Shown here: one piece after another, positions 19,083 to 28,768 of the stretch
Layout: each line of letters starts with the position of its first letter
Numbering within the stretch: position 1 is the first letter of the stretch
Origin: an uncultured Bacteroidota bacterium
GTDB lineage: Bacteria > Bacteroidota > Ignavibacteria > UBA10030 > UBA6906
Direction: 5' to 3'
DNA length: 64,000 bases
Assembly (NCBI GenBank): GCA_963734955.1
Contig: CAVTJO010000011.1
Location: 457,698 to 521,697, forward strand
Program-made: the position numbers and the translations under genes
The notes under the pieces: generated by a model
What the model was told of the DNA's origin: nothing
Databases searched by the model: none
The model's input: only the letters and a program-made list of their open reading frames with translations

Positions 19083-21176
19083 TTAGTACAGGGCCAGGTT
19101 CCTCGCTGCGTCACACACATCCGATTCCTGAATAAGAACAGCAGCTTCCAGAATCCTCGCAAACGGAACCGGCGTGTCCTTTGAACCGACCCTTCTTATT
19201 GGAGCATCGAGATACTTGAACGCATTTTCGGCGATGTAGCTTGCGACCTCGCCGCCGAAGCCTCCGGTCAACTTATCCTCGTGGGCAACCAGCAGACGTC
19301 CTGTCTTCTTTACACTCGCCATCACTGTATCCTTATCCCAGGGTGCAAGGGAGCGCAGGTCGATCACCTCGACGTTTATGTTTTCATCGGCAAGCTTTGA
19401 TGCTGCCCGCAGGGCCCAATGCACTATTGTTCCGTAACTCGCGATCGTCAGGTCAGTTCCTTCACGCCGCACACGGGCCTTCCCAAATGGGATGTAATAG
19501 TTACTGCCGGGGTTGGGAGCCTTCACAAAGAACTGGTTGTAAAGAAACTTCGGCTCAAGAAACAGTGTAATACCGCGGTTCCGGAACGCTGCGCGAAGCA
19601 TTCCAACCGCGTCGTCAGCAAATGCGGGAACTACCACGCGCAGACCGGGAAGCGATGAAAAAACTGCTTCAAGGTTCTGCGAATGGTACAGTCCGCCTCC
19701 AATGTATCCACCGGAGGCGAGCCGGATCACTATGTTGGGCGCGAACTGGCCGTTTGTACGGTAATAGTCGTGGGAACATTCAATCAACTCTTCCATCGCC
19801 GGCCAGAAGTAATCGGCGAACTGGGCTCCTTCAATACACACCCAGATATCCTTGCGATAGCGGGAGAACCCATTCGCCGTTCCAACAATGAAGTCCTCGG
19901 CTATTGGCGCATTGAATACCCGTTTGTTTCCGAATTCCTGCAGCATCCCCTTGGTTACGTTGAACACTCCTCCTTTCTCTTTGGAGGCAACGTCCTGACC
20001 CCAGAGGAATGTGTGGGGATTTCGCCTGAACTCTTCCTTGAGCGTCTCGTTGATTGCTTCACGGAGGGTAAATTGGTTTACAGCGGAAGGGTTGGCAGGA
20101 AGCTCTGTTGTAACGTCAGCGGGAACCACCTCATCCGGCAAGACAAACAGTGTGGCTGTACGCGGATCCGGGTCGGGAGAGACCTCTACCTTTGCGCATA
20201 CGTCATCAAGTTGTCGCTGATTTGTTTCCTCAATCTCACGGAGCTCGACATCGGAAAAAACCTCTTCCTTCAGCAAATATGCACGGAACCGGGCAAGCGG
20301 ATCGCGGAGGCGGGCAGCTTCGACTTCCTCCTTTGATCGATAGAGATCCTGACGGTCGGAATTACTGTGTGAGTTGATGCGAACGCAATCGGCGTGAAGG
20401 AGCGCCGGGCCGTCACCGAGGCGGACGTAGTCGAGCGCCTTTTGCATCCCGCGCCACGAATCAAACACGTTCGTCCCATCGCACTTCACCACTTTCAGGT
20501 TAACCAGGCCCGAGAAGTTATCGGCAACACACAGGCTGACCGACCCCTCGGCGAGGGGGACTGAAATGCCGTATCTGTTGTTCTGGATGACGAAAACGAC
20601 CGGGAGCTTCTCGCGGGCAGCGCCGGCCATCGCCTCAAACACGTACCCTTCCGATGCGGCTGAGTCGCCGAAACTGGCAAATGCGATCTCATCCCCTTCA
20701 TATTTCTTGATCGCACGCGCAACGCCCGTTGCATGAAGGGCATGGTTGCCGGTAGCGGAGGATACGTTCTGGATTCGAATGGAGGGCTTGGCGATGTGGT
20801 TGCTCATATGTCGACCGCCCGAAGCAACGTCGCCGGCCTTGGAGATACCATTCATGATAATCTCCTCCACCGAGATGCCCGCCGCATACCCGGTAAGAAG
20901 ATCACGATAATACGGAAAGAGGAAATCTTTGTTCGGTCTGAACGAGAGGCCAAGAATGAGCTGGATGCCGTCGTGACCGACGAACGAGGAGTGGTACGAC
21001 CAGCCTTTTCCCTGTCTCACATAATTGGCCGCTTTGTTGTCGATGATACGGGCCATGTGCATGATCTGGTACCATCGGTTAAGCGTGTTCTTGTGGACGG
21101 AGATCCCGAAGTCATTGAGATCCGTTTCCGTTGTGAGGGTACTGCTGCCGGTCTCGACGGTCGAATGTTCCTCCAT
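19083..21176 (-). CDS. 2-oxoacid dehydrogenase E1 component, fused alpha/beta subunits (TPP-dependent)
   Basis: 697 aa. The N-terminal half is alpha-subunit-like (TPP-binding region GISVEEIIMNG...GGRHMSNH, GDSAASEGYVFEAMAGAA). The C-terminal half is the transketolase-like beta part (FLWGQDV...GGVFNVTKG, IAEDFIVGTANG). Confidence 0.8.
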   Translation of the reverse strand: MEEHSTVETGSSTLTTETDLNDFGISVHKNTLNRWYQIMHMARIIDNKAANYVRQGKGWSYHSSFVGHDGIQLILGLSFRPNKDFLFPYYRDLLTGYAAGISVEEIIMNGISKAGDVASGGRHMSNHIAKPSIRIQNVSSATGNHALHATGVARAIKKYEGDEIAFASFGDSAASEGYVFEAMAGAAREKLPVVFVIQNNRYGISVPLAEGSVSLCVADNFSGLVNLKVVKCDGTNVFDSWRGMQKALDYVRLGDGPALLHADCVRINSHSNSDRQDLYRSKEEVEAARLRDPLARFRAYLLKEEVFSDVELREIEETNQRQLDDVCAKVEVSPDPDPRTATLFVLPDEVVPADVTTELPANPSAVNQFTLREAINETLKEEFRRNPHTFLWGQDVASKEKGGVFNVTKGMLQEFGNKRVFNAPIAEDFIVGTANGFSRYRKDIWVCIEGAQFADYFWPAMEELIECSHDYYRTNGQFAPNIVIRLASGGYIGGGLYHSQNLEAVFSSLPGLRVVVPAFADDAVGMLRAAFRNRGITLFLEPKFLYNQFFVKAPNPGSNYYIPFGKARVRREGTDLTIASYGTIVHWALRAASKLADENINVEVIDLRSLAPWDKDTVMASVKKTGRLLVAHEDKLTGGFGGEVASYIAENAFKYLDAPIRRVGSKDTPVPFARILEAAVLIQESDVCDAARNLALY

Positions 21177-21398
21177 CTCTATCCAGAATGCTCCTACACT
21201 ATGAGAAAAGAACTGTTTGTCACGTTATTAATATACACGGTTTTGAAGTGACTATCAAGGAAGCGCTTCCGCCGGGTAAAGTTACAATTTGGAAGTTCCA
21301 ACACAATCAAAAAGAAAAAGGGGAGTCGGCTCCTCTTACCCGATGCAAACACTCTCGACCTCTCACCGAGGAGCACGTTTCGTTACCTCGTGCAAAGC

Positions 21399-22241
21399 TC
21401 AAATCACTTCCGCGTCGCTCTCCTCCATCCAACCCACCTTGCCATCAGCGAGACGGACCTTCACCCATTCATTGACACTGTCAGTGATTGTGACTTTCAC
21501 GCCGCTATGGAGAACAAACGCATCGCTGCTCTTCGGGTCCGGAGAGTTCTTGACTGTCGTGATCTTCGCAGTGACAACCGCAGCGTTCAAACGAGTCAAC
21601 TCACCAAGCTTCCCGACAAACAGCGTGATACACAGGATAAGGGCCACCAGGCTGGTGCCGGCACTCAGCACTCCGAACCGCCGAAGTCGATATGTGCGGG
21701 CAACAACCACCAGGCTGAGAGATCCGACAAGAAGAACGAACAAGCCATACGCTATCCACGTAATTGCATTCAGCGAAAATGCCGCCTTGATGCCATCCCA
21801 GTAGTCCCAGATAAACAACCTTGGGGTCGGTTCAATCTTATCCGTGATCATCAGGTTGGCAAGTTGAAGATTATGATTCACGTCGTCATCATTGGGCATG
21901 AACCTGCGTGCGCGCTCATAGTTGAGAATTGCCTTCCCAATATCGCCCAACTTGTAATAGGTGTTTGCCAGATTGTAGTACAGTTCTCCACTGACAAGTC
22001 CATTGTGAAGAATCGACTCGTATGCATCTCTCGCATCCGCAAACTTCGCTTGCTGATACAATTGATTGCCCCGGTCAAACACCTGCTCCGGCGTCTGGGC
22101 AATAGACAATGTTGAAGCAAGGGTGGTCAGAACAAGAACAAGCACAAAAAGCAGGTTGATGTTTTGTACCGAACGACCCCATCGGGATTCTCCGCATCGA
22201 TATACCCGCCCCGATTTCATGATTTTTGATTCGTGGGTCAT
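21399..22241 (-). CDS. batE: BatE-like TPR-repeat protein with C-terminal SH3b-like domain
   Basis: 280 aa. TPR repeats (AKFADARDAYESILHN, ELYYNLANTYYKLGDIGKAILNYERA), two TM segments, and a C-terminal SH3-like region (HSGVKVTITDSVNEWVKVRLADGKVGWME). It is the last gene of the Bat-like operon. Confidence 0.6.
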   Translation of the reverse strand: MTHESKIMKSGRVYRCGESRWGRSVQNINLLFVLVLVLTTLASTLSIAQTPEQVFDRGNQLYQQAKFADARDAYESILHNGLVSGELYYNLANTYYKLGDIGKAILNYERARRFMPNDDDVNHNLQLANLMITDKIEPTPRLFIWDYWDGIKAAFSLNAITWIAYGLFVLLVGSLSLVVVARTYRLRRFGVLSAGTSLVALILCITLFVGKLGELTRLNAAVVTAKITTVKNSPDPKSSDAFVLHSGVKVTITDSVNEWVKVRLADGKVGWMEESDAEVI

Positions 22242-24088
22242 TTCTTCAATGTCCGCTCCAACTCAACAATAAGACGCTTTGCCTCATCAAATGTTTTTTG
22301 AATTGCTGTGGCTTCAAGACTTGTCGGAGCAAACCGTGCCATCTCGCATGTTTCCCACAGCAACTTGAGCGCCTTGGGAATCTCACCGTTCACCGATCGA
22401 GTGTTCAGCGCGGCAAGCACATTCTCGATCGAGAGATCCGCCTGCTGTATGTTCAACTTGTCTCCAAGGTACTTGTGCAAGGCACGGGAAACCTCTGAGT
22501 AAAATTCGAGCTTCTTCGACGAGCTTCCCGAGGTTTTTGAAGCAAGGAGCTGTTCCGCCTGTTTCAACCCCCTCTGCGCGACTTTGAGTGCGCGCCGATT
22601 ACGATAACCTGCTGCATCCAACATTTCCGCCTGGCGTTGGCGGGCATAAACCAGCGTTCCGGCAAACCCGAGAAGGGGAAGGAAGACCAGCGCCACAAAC
22701 ACTCCACTTTTGTAAAGGAACTCTCCCCGTCGCGAGAATGAGGGCTGCCACACCTTGATAAACCGGATATCCTGGCTCAGCAGCTGAACGTCCTCCTGAT
22801 TTCCCCCGGCAATTACCGGAGGTGCTAGAGCGGCTCCCTGGGCAACGTTCAACTCAATTTGTGGCGACTGCAGACTTACATATTCACGCTTGCCAAGATC
22901 GAAGTAGGAAAATGTCAGGGGCTTGATTGTCTTGCGTCCGGGATACCGCGGGATCAAAAGATACTCGAATGTTTTGCTCCCGGAGATCTTCCCTTCCTGC
23001 CGATTGATGTCGTCGGTTACCTTGGGTGGGTATTGCTCGAAATCCTTCGGCAACTCGAGTTCCGGCACTTCAAGTACTTTGATGTTCCCGGTCCCGGAGA
23101 TGGTAACCTTCAATGTCACCGGTTCATTCGTCTTCGTGGTTCTTTTGTCGACAGCTGTGTTCATTGCGAACCTGCCGACGGCACCTTTGAAACTTGGCGG
23201 TGCCCCTGAGGGGAGCGGATCGACCTTGATCTTGATGGGCTCGCTCTTCACTTTGTAATTCACGGTGCGCCCAAACGGATCACGGAAAAAAGCATCAAAT
23301 GGATCGAGGGATCTGGTTTGTACCTGTACCTGCGTAGTCACCTCCATCGGTGCCACCTCGAGTGAGCCTGACTGGGTGGGAAACAATGCCATTTTTCGGA
23401 TGACTCCCACGCGGTATTGCTTACCGTTGATGGTCTCGTTGGAGAGAGCAATATTTTTGGGATTCTCAATATCCTCTCCCCAGAACCCTGTCATGGTCGG
23501 GCTTTTGTCCACGCCATAGTTTGACACCGAGACGCGGGTATACAGCTTGAACGTGAGGTTAATCTGCTCTCCGAGGATGACGCGGTTTTTGTCAACGACC
23601 GCTCTGAGAAAAAGGTTATCCCCGATCTGTGCGCCGACATCGTCGGGTGGAGGAGCTTGCTGCTTCTGACGCGGAGATCCTTTCACAACCTCAATCACGA
23701 TGGGCTGGGTGGCATATTGCTTCCCGTCGGCTTCAATTGTTGCCGCAGCGATGGTGAACTTCCCCATATCCTTTGGTTGAAGCACATAGCTGTACGTCGT
23801 CGACGAAGAGACCGCCCCGTTAATGAACTGCATGTTCGTGGATTGGTTTGGACCCGACATGATATGGAACCTGCCGAGGTCGGGAAGCTTCATGTTCTTC
23901 CCTCCTCCCACCCCCGCATTGCTGAGCGTAAATGAGAGGGTGAACTGATCGCCCAGTGCGACGGGGTTTTTGTCCACACCTGCCTCAAACGATGCGTCTC
24001 CCGCAACCGCGGCTCCGGTGCAAAGCAGAAGAGCCATGAACATGATGAATGAAACACTATGTCTGCGCTGCCTCTTCACGGCTACCAA
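22238..24088 (-). CDS. batD: BatD-like protein
   Basis: 616 aa with a signal peptide, a large periplasmic portion and a C-terminal TM (VFVALVFLPLLGFAGTLVY). It lies between the BatC-like TPR protein and the BatE-like protein, as in Bacteroides bat operons. Confidence 0.65.
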   Translation of the reverse strand: MVAVKRQRRHSVSFIMFMALLLCTGAAVAGDASFEAGVDKNPVALGDQFTLSFTLSNAGVGGGKNMKLPDLGRFHIMSGPNQSTNMQFINGAVSSSTTYSYVLQPKDMGKFTIAAATIEADGKQYATQPIVIEVVKGSPRQKQQAPPPDDVGAQIGDNLFLRAVVDKNRVILGEQINLTFKLYTRVSVSNYGVDKSPTMTGFWGEDIENPKNIALSNETINGKQYRVGVIRKMALFPTQSGSLEVAPMEVTTQVQVQTRSLDPFDAFFRDPFGRTVNYKVKSEPIKIKVDPLPSGAPPSFKGAVGRFAMNTAVDKRTTKTNEPVTLKVTISGTGNIKVLEVPELELPKDFEQYPPKVTDDINRQEGKISGSKTFEYLLIPRYPGRKTIKPLTFSYFDLGKREYVSLQSPQIELNVAQGAALAPPVIAGGNQEDVQLLSQDIRFIKVWQPSFSRRGEFLYKSGVFVALVFLPLLGFAGTLVYARQRQAEMLDAAGYRNRRALKVAQRGLKQAEQLLASKTSGSSSKKLEFYSEVSRALHKYLGDKLNIQQADLSIENVLAALNTRSVNGEIPKALKLLWETCEMARFAPTSLEATAIQKTFDEAKRLIVELERTLKK

Positions 24089-24864
24089 TCCTTGTCCGTC
24101 TTTGCACGAACTGCAGGCCGGACGCGCAGCTTCCTTTGTATGTCCTTCTCGTCATTTTTCAGCACATCAAGTATCCGCTCCGCCTCTGCCTTTGCCATCT
24201 TCTTCTCCTGGCTTTGTTGCTTCTGCTGCTGCGTCTGCTGGTTCTGTTGTTCCTGCTGCTGGTTTTGCTTTTGTTGATCCTGCTTCTGCTTGTTCTGATC
24301 CTGGTTCTGTTGATCTTTCTGTTGGTTTTTCTTGTCGTCGTTGTTCTTGTCGTTCTTGTTCTGCTGCTGTTGTTGCTTCATTTTCTCAAGGGCATAGGAG
24401 AGATTGTATTTCGTATCCTGATCGTAAGGATTGAGCTTCAGAGACTCAATGTACGACTTCGCCGCCTCCTGATAGTGCTGCCCCTTCATGAACGCGTTTC
24501 CCATATTATAATACGCCCCGGCTCTCGTCTCCTTGCTCCCCGTTTTTCCCACCGCACTTTCAAACTCCTTCACCGCCTCGTCGGCTTTGTTTTGTTTATA
24601 CAGGGAGTTTCCAAGGTTATAATATCCGGGAACAAGATCCTGTTCCTTCTCAAGCGCCTTTCGATAGCTGACCTCGGCGTCGCTGTATTTCTTATCCTTG
24701 TATTGTGCATTCCCGTCGTGCACCAGGGATCGGACAGACTGCGCAGGAGAAACCGACACGAGTGCGGGCAGTAAAGCCAGAACACCCGCCATCCAACATA
24801 CATCTCTCACAGTCATATTCTCGCCTCTTCCTCCTTTCGCAACGGATTCCATTTCACGAGCCAC
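24082..24864 (-). CDS. batC: BatC-like TPR protein with Gln/Asn/Lys-rich low-complexity C-terminus
   Basis: 260 aa with a signal/anchor and TPR repeats (AEVSYRKALEKEQDLVPGYYNLGNSLYKQNKADEAVKEFESA; AGAYYNMGNAFMKGQHYQEAAKSYIESLKL). The tail is a QQQQQNKNDKNNDDKKNQQKDQQNQ... low-complexity stretch. Confidence 0.65.
   Translation of the reverse strand: MAREMESVAKGGRGENMTVRDVCWMAGVLALLPALVSVSPAQSVRSLVHDGNAQYKDKKYSDAEVSYRKALEKEQDLVPGYYNLGNSLYKQNKADEAVKEFESAVGKTGSKETRAGAYYNMGNAFMKGQHYQEAAKSYIESLKLNPYDQDTKYNLSYALEKMKQQQQQNKNDKNNDDKKNQQKDQQNQDQNKQKQDQQKQNQQQEQQNQQTQQQKQQSQEKKMAKAEAERILDVLKNDEKDIQRKLRVRPAVRAKTDKDW
24180..24365. repeat. CTG/CTT-rich low-complexity nucleotide tract (encodes poly-Q/N/K tail of BatC-like protein)
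   Basis: The tract ctgctgctgcgtctgctggttctgttgttcctgctgctggttttgcttttgttg... generates the leucine-rich antisense ORF 24049..24774, which I regard as an artefact. Confidence 0.6.
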
Positions 24865-25865
24865 TTCAGTTTCTTTTCTGAAATAAGGAACTCCGCAATC
24901 AGCAGAATGATTCCCGCACCGAGGAAATACTGGAACCGGTCTTCATAATCCGTGAACTGTTTGACCCCGAATTCCCTTTTCTGCAAGGCGCTGATATTCT
25001 TATAGATTTCGTTCAGCTCATCCTGAGCGTTCGTCCCTCTGAAGTATTTGCCATTCCCGATACTGGCAATCTTCTCAAGAGAGGCCTCATCAAGCTTTGT
25101 CACCACGATGTTCCCGCCACGGTCGCGCTTGAAATCCACCTGTTGACCGGACGCATTGTAGATCGGAATGGGAGTGCCTGACGGCGAGCCCATACCAATC
25201 GTGTACAGCAGCACGTTCTTCTTTGCGGCATCCTCTGCGGCCTCAACGGCATCTCCCTCGGTATTCTCCCCGTCCGTGACAATCACGATCACCTTCGTTG
25301 TAGGATCCTTGAAATCGAACGATTCCATCGCCCGTTTGATTGCCGAGCCGATGGCCGTTCCGGGAACGGGAACAACATCCACATCGACGGCATCAAGAAA
25401 CAGGTTGGCCGCACTGTAGTCCGTGGTCAGTGGGAATTGTGTGTAGGCTTCACCGGCAAATACGATGAGCCCCAGCCTGTCGCCGCCAAGTCGGTCAATC
25501 AGGTTGCGGATTTCGAGCTTCGCCTTCTCGAGGCGGTTCGGTTTGATATCCTCGGCCTTCATACTGAGTGACACATCAAGTGCAACAAAGATATCGACTC
25601 CTTCCTGCTTCACCTCCTGCAGACGCGTGCCAATTTCCGGGTTCGCGAGTCCCACGATCACACAGACCAGAGATAGGAAGAGCACCGAGAATTTTAGCAG
25701 TCGCTTGCGTTTGCTTGCAGACTCTGCCAGCCGCTCCACGATACGCTCTTCCCCGAAGCGTTCCAGAGCCTTTCTCCGGGCGCGGGAAGCAAGCCAGTAG
25801 GCCACAACGAGCACAGGGAGGAGTGCAAGCAGATAGGTGTATTCGGGATGTGCGAAGCGGATCAT
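24813..25865 (-). CDS. batB: BatB-like von Willebrand factor A domain protein
   Basis: 350 aa with two N-terminal TM segments. The VWA MIDAS region is DIFVALDVSLSM ... IVIVTDGENTEGD. Confidence 0.8.
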   Translation of the reverse strand: MIRFAHPEYTYLLALLPVLVVAYWLASRARRKALERFGEERIVERLAESASKRKRLLKFSVLFLSLVCVIVGLANPEIGTRLQEVKQEGVDIFVALDVSLSMKAEDIKPNRLEKAKLEIRNLIDRLGGDRLGLIVFAGEAYTQFPLTTDYSAANLFLDAVDVDVVPVPGTAIGSAIKRAMESFDFKDPTTKVIVIVTDGENTEGDAVEAAEDAAKKNVLLYTIGMGSPSGTPIPIYNASGQQVDFKRDRGGNIVVTKLDEASLEKIASIGNGKYFRGTNAQDELNEIYKNISALQKREFGVKQFTDYEDRFQYFLGAGIILLIAEFLISEKKLKWLVKWNPLRKEEEARI

Positions 25866-25866
25866 C

Positions 25867-26865
25867 CTATGGGAGCTTCCTCAACAGTGTATTCGAACCC
25901 GCGAATTCCAGGATCAACGCAGCCAGACCCGCAAACACCCAGCCATAGAACAACTCGGTATATGAGCGGTAGGCCTTCACCTCTATCCTTGTCTTTTCCA
26001 TTTCATCGATTTCATCATAAATAGCCTTCAGGCTCCGGTTGTTGGTCGCCCGGAAATACTGTCCGTGCGTCATCTCCGCGATCTTCTGCAGCGTTTTCTC
26101 ATCAACATCGACCGGCACATTTTGATAGCGAATCCCAAACGGTGTTTGCACCGGGTAGGGAGCTTCACCGATTGTTCCCACGCCTATCGTGTAGATGCGG
26201 ATGCCGAACGTCTCGGCAATCTGCGCGGCGGTAATCGGGTCGATCTCTCCCCTGTTGTTCACCCCATCTGTCAGGAGTATCATGACCTTGCTTTTGGCTT
26301 TGCTGTCCTTCAGCCGGTTGACTCCTTGCGCTATTGCCATGCCGATAGCGGTACCATCCTCCACCATGCCGGGCTTGACTTGTCGAAGGAGGTTCTTCAA
26401 TACGCGATAGTCGGTGGTCATGGGGCATTGCGTGAAACTCTGGCCTGCAAAAATGACGAGCCCGATCCTGTCCGTAGTGCGGCCATCAATAAAATCCGCT
26501 GCAACCTGCTTGGCCGCGTCGATGCGGTTCGGCTTGAAATCCTCAGCCAGCATACTGCCGGAAATATCGATCAACATGGCAATGTCGATCCCTTCGGTGT
26601 AGATATCCTCGCCGCGGGATGTTGTTCGGGGTCTGGCGAAGCCGACAATGAGCGATGCGAGGACGATCATCCTGAGAATGAACGGAAGATGCCGCATACG
26701 CTCCCTGGGTGTGTGAGGAATCTTTATGAAGGGGAGCAGTGTGGAGAATCGAAGCTCGCTGGTCGCGGTGTTCCATCTCCGGATGTACCAGAACACGAGC
26801 AGCGGAACAACGAGAAGTCCGTACAAGAATTCCGGATTCGCGAACGTGATGTTAGGATTCCACAC
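25867..26865 (-). CDS. batA: BatA-like von Willebrand factor A domain protein
   Basis: 332 aa with N-terminal TMs. VWA motifs are IAMLIDISGSM and VMILLTDGVNNRGE. Confidence 0.8.
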   Translation of the reverse strand: MWNPNITFANPEFLYGLLVVPLLVFWYIRRWNTATSELRFSTLLPFIKIPHTPRERMRHLPFILRMIVLASLIVGFARPRTTSRGEDIYTEGIDIAMLIDISGSMLAEDFKPNRIDAAKQVAADFIDGRTTDRIGLVIFAGQSFTQCPMTTDYRVLKNLLRQVKPGMVEDGTAIGMAIAQGVNRLKDSKAKSKVMILLTDGVNNRGEIDPITAAQIAETFGIRIYTIGVGTIGEAPYPVQTPFGIRYQNVPVDVDEKTLQKIAEMTHGQYFRATNNRSLKAIYDEIDEMEKTRIEVKAYRSYTELFYGWVFAGLAALILEFAGSNTLLRKLP

Positions 26866-27815
26866 CGGCGACCACCTTTTCTACAGCCTGTGGAGAACGG
26901 GCAACTTCACGCAGCCTTGTTGACTCAACGATATCAGTTGCGAGGGTCAGCATGCCTTCGTGTTCAGAAATGCCGGGCTGGTACTTTGCGAATTTCACGA
27001 GGTCGGCCAGCTGCAGCAGTGTCTCCACCTTGCCGCAGGCAACAGGCTTCACGTTCAGCCGCCTCAGGCCGAACATGATTTCGTCGGTCGTCTGTTCGAG
27101 CGCCATTACCTTGAACCGATTCTCGATATACCGGCGCACAATCTCAGTAACCTCCGAGTAGTATTGCTTGATCAACCCCTTCTGCCACAGTTTCTTTTCC
27201 TTCAGGAGAGCAAGTTCTTCAAGAGCAATCGAATGAGCAGGTCGTGGTGGCGGGACGTATATTTCACCGGTGACCTTCTTTTGACGTTTCTTCCAATAGC
27301 GATATCCAGCATAGGCCAGCTGCAGCCACCACGAGCAGAATTCCGAGATACAATGCAATCTCTGCAAGCGTCAATGGAATGGAGAGGGGTGGCTTGAGGT
27401 CCCTGTACGCCTGACTGGTGTCAACCAGGACCGTGTGGATTGTCAGTGCAAGGGGATTGGAGGTCGCACGAAGCAGCGATTTGTCTCCGGGCAGCGAACA
27501 CAGTACCTCAATGGGAGGCAACACGGCAGCCCCAGAGTCGTACTTTGCAAGGACGAGCGACGCCGAGCTTGACGTTTCGCCGGTTGGGTTGAATGAAGTA
27601 CGATCCAACACAACAAAGCCATCGATGGTATCACCAACAGCCAGCGACAGCGATGCCCCCCTGGGATGCGTAATGTCGAGATGGACTCTGATCGGATCGC
27701 CAACAAGGTAGCTGGTTGAATCGACGCTTGCCCGTGCACCAATTTGCTGACCAAGGAGAACCGCCGGAAGAAGAAACAACAACACAAGATGTGGATACAG
27801 ACCTGCCCTCATCAC
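26852..27815 (-). CDS. DUF4381-like membrane protein of the Bat/MoxR operon, apparently frameshifted (two overlapping ORFs)
   Basis: ORF 27264..27815 has a signal peptide, a periplasmic part and a TM (LAEIALYLGILLVVAAAGL). ORF 26852..27367, in another frame, continues with the basic juxtamembrane region typical of DUF4381 (AYAGYRYWKKRQKK...PPPRP...). The frames switch near 27320. Confidence 0.5.
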
Positions 27816-28690
27816 AAACGACGCTCTCTCAACTGGAAGAAATCAACAATCGGCTTGATATAGGGTCGGTCAACACGAATAGGTATGGCATCCACCTTGC
27901 TCCGGACAAACATTGCCCGTCGGGCTGCCCGTCGCGACTGCCAGAAACGCTGGAACTCGGCGCGCACCATCGGGTTGCCGGTGTCAATCCATCGCTCCTT
28001 CATCGTCTCTGCGTCGCGGAGTTTCATGAGCCCGATGCCGGGAAGCTCTTCTTCACGCGGATCGCTGAGCTCGACAGCAATGACGTCGTGCTTCCGACTG
28101 ATGATCCGGAGGATGTTGTCATACCCCTCGTCGATGAAATCGGAAATCAGGAAGGCAATAGTCCTCTTCTTGTTGACATGATTGAAATACTCCAGCGCGG
28201 CCTTGATGTCCGTGCCGGTCCCTTTCGGCTCAAACGAGATAAGTTCACGGATGATCCGGAGAATATGGGCACGCCCCTTCTTCGGTGGAACGAATTTTTC
28301 AATCGCGTCTGTGAACAGAATAAGACCCACCTTATCATTGTTCTTGATGGCAGAGAAGGCGAGGACGGCACAGATTTCAGCGGCAATCTCGTTCTTGAGT
28401 TGCTTCGCCGAGCCAAAGTCCCCCGAACGACTGAGATCAACCACGAGCATAACGGTGAGCTCGCGCTCCTCTTCAAAAATCTTCACAAACGGGTGATTGA
28501 AGCGGGCAGACACGTTCCAGTCAATCGTGCGGATGTCGTCCCCGTACTGGTATTCACGGACCTCGGAGAACTCCATCCCCCTTCCTTTAAACACACTGTG
28601 GTATTCGCCGGAAAAAATCTGATTCACGACCCCCCGGGTCTTGATCTCGATCTGTCTGACTTTCTTAAGGAGCTCCCTGGTATCCATCAT
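27812..28690 (-). CDS. DUF58 domain protein (VWA-like, MoxR partner)
   Basis: 292 aa. The motifs EYQYGDDIRTIDWNVSAR and HDVIAVELSDPREEELP are characteristic of DUF58 proteins, and the gene lies immediately downstream of MoxR. Confidence 0.8.
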   Translation of the reverse strand: MMDTRELLKKVRQIEIKTRGVVNQIFSGEYHSVFKGRGMEFSEVREYQYGDDIRTIDWNVSARFNHPFVKIFEEERELTVMLVVDLSRSGDFGSAKQLKNEIAAEICAVLAFSAIKNNDKVGLILFTDAIEKFVPPKKGRAHILRIIRELISFEPKGTGTDIKAALEYFNHVNKKRTIAFLISDFIDEGYDNILRIISRKHDVIAVELSDPREEELPGIGLMKLRDAETMKERWIDTGNPMVRAEFQRFWQSRRAARRAMFVRSKVDAIPIRVDRPYIKPIVDFFQLRERRL

Positions 28691-28768
28691 TGACGAGAGT
28701 TAAGAGATCCAACTGCATCGAGCGAAACACAGCCGATACTGCAGCTGCATCAGCGACATGATGAGGTT

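Noticed and set aside
24049-24774. 241-aa plus-strand ORF rich in Leu, encoding 'LLLLALLLLLLRLLVLLFLL...'
   Set aside because: It is an antisense artefact of the CTG/CAG-rich low-complexity tract that encodes the poly-Q/N/K tail of the BatC-like protein on the minus strand. It has no independent support.
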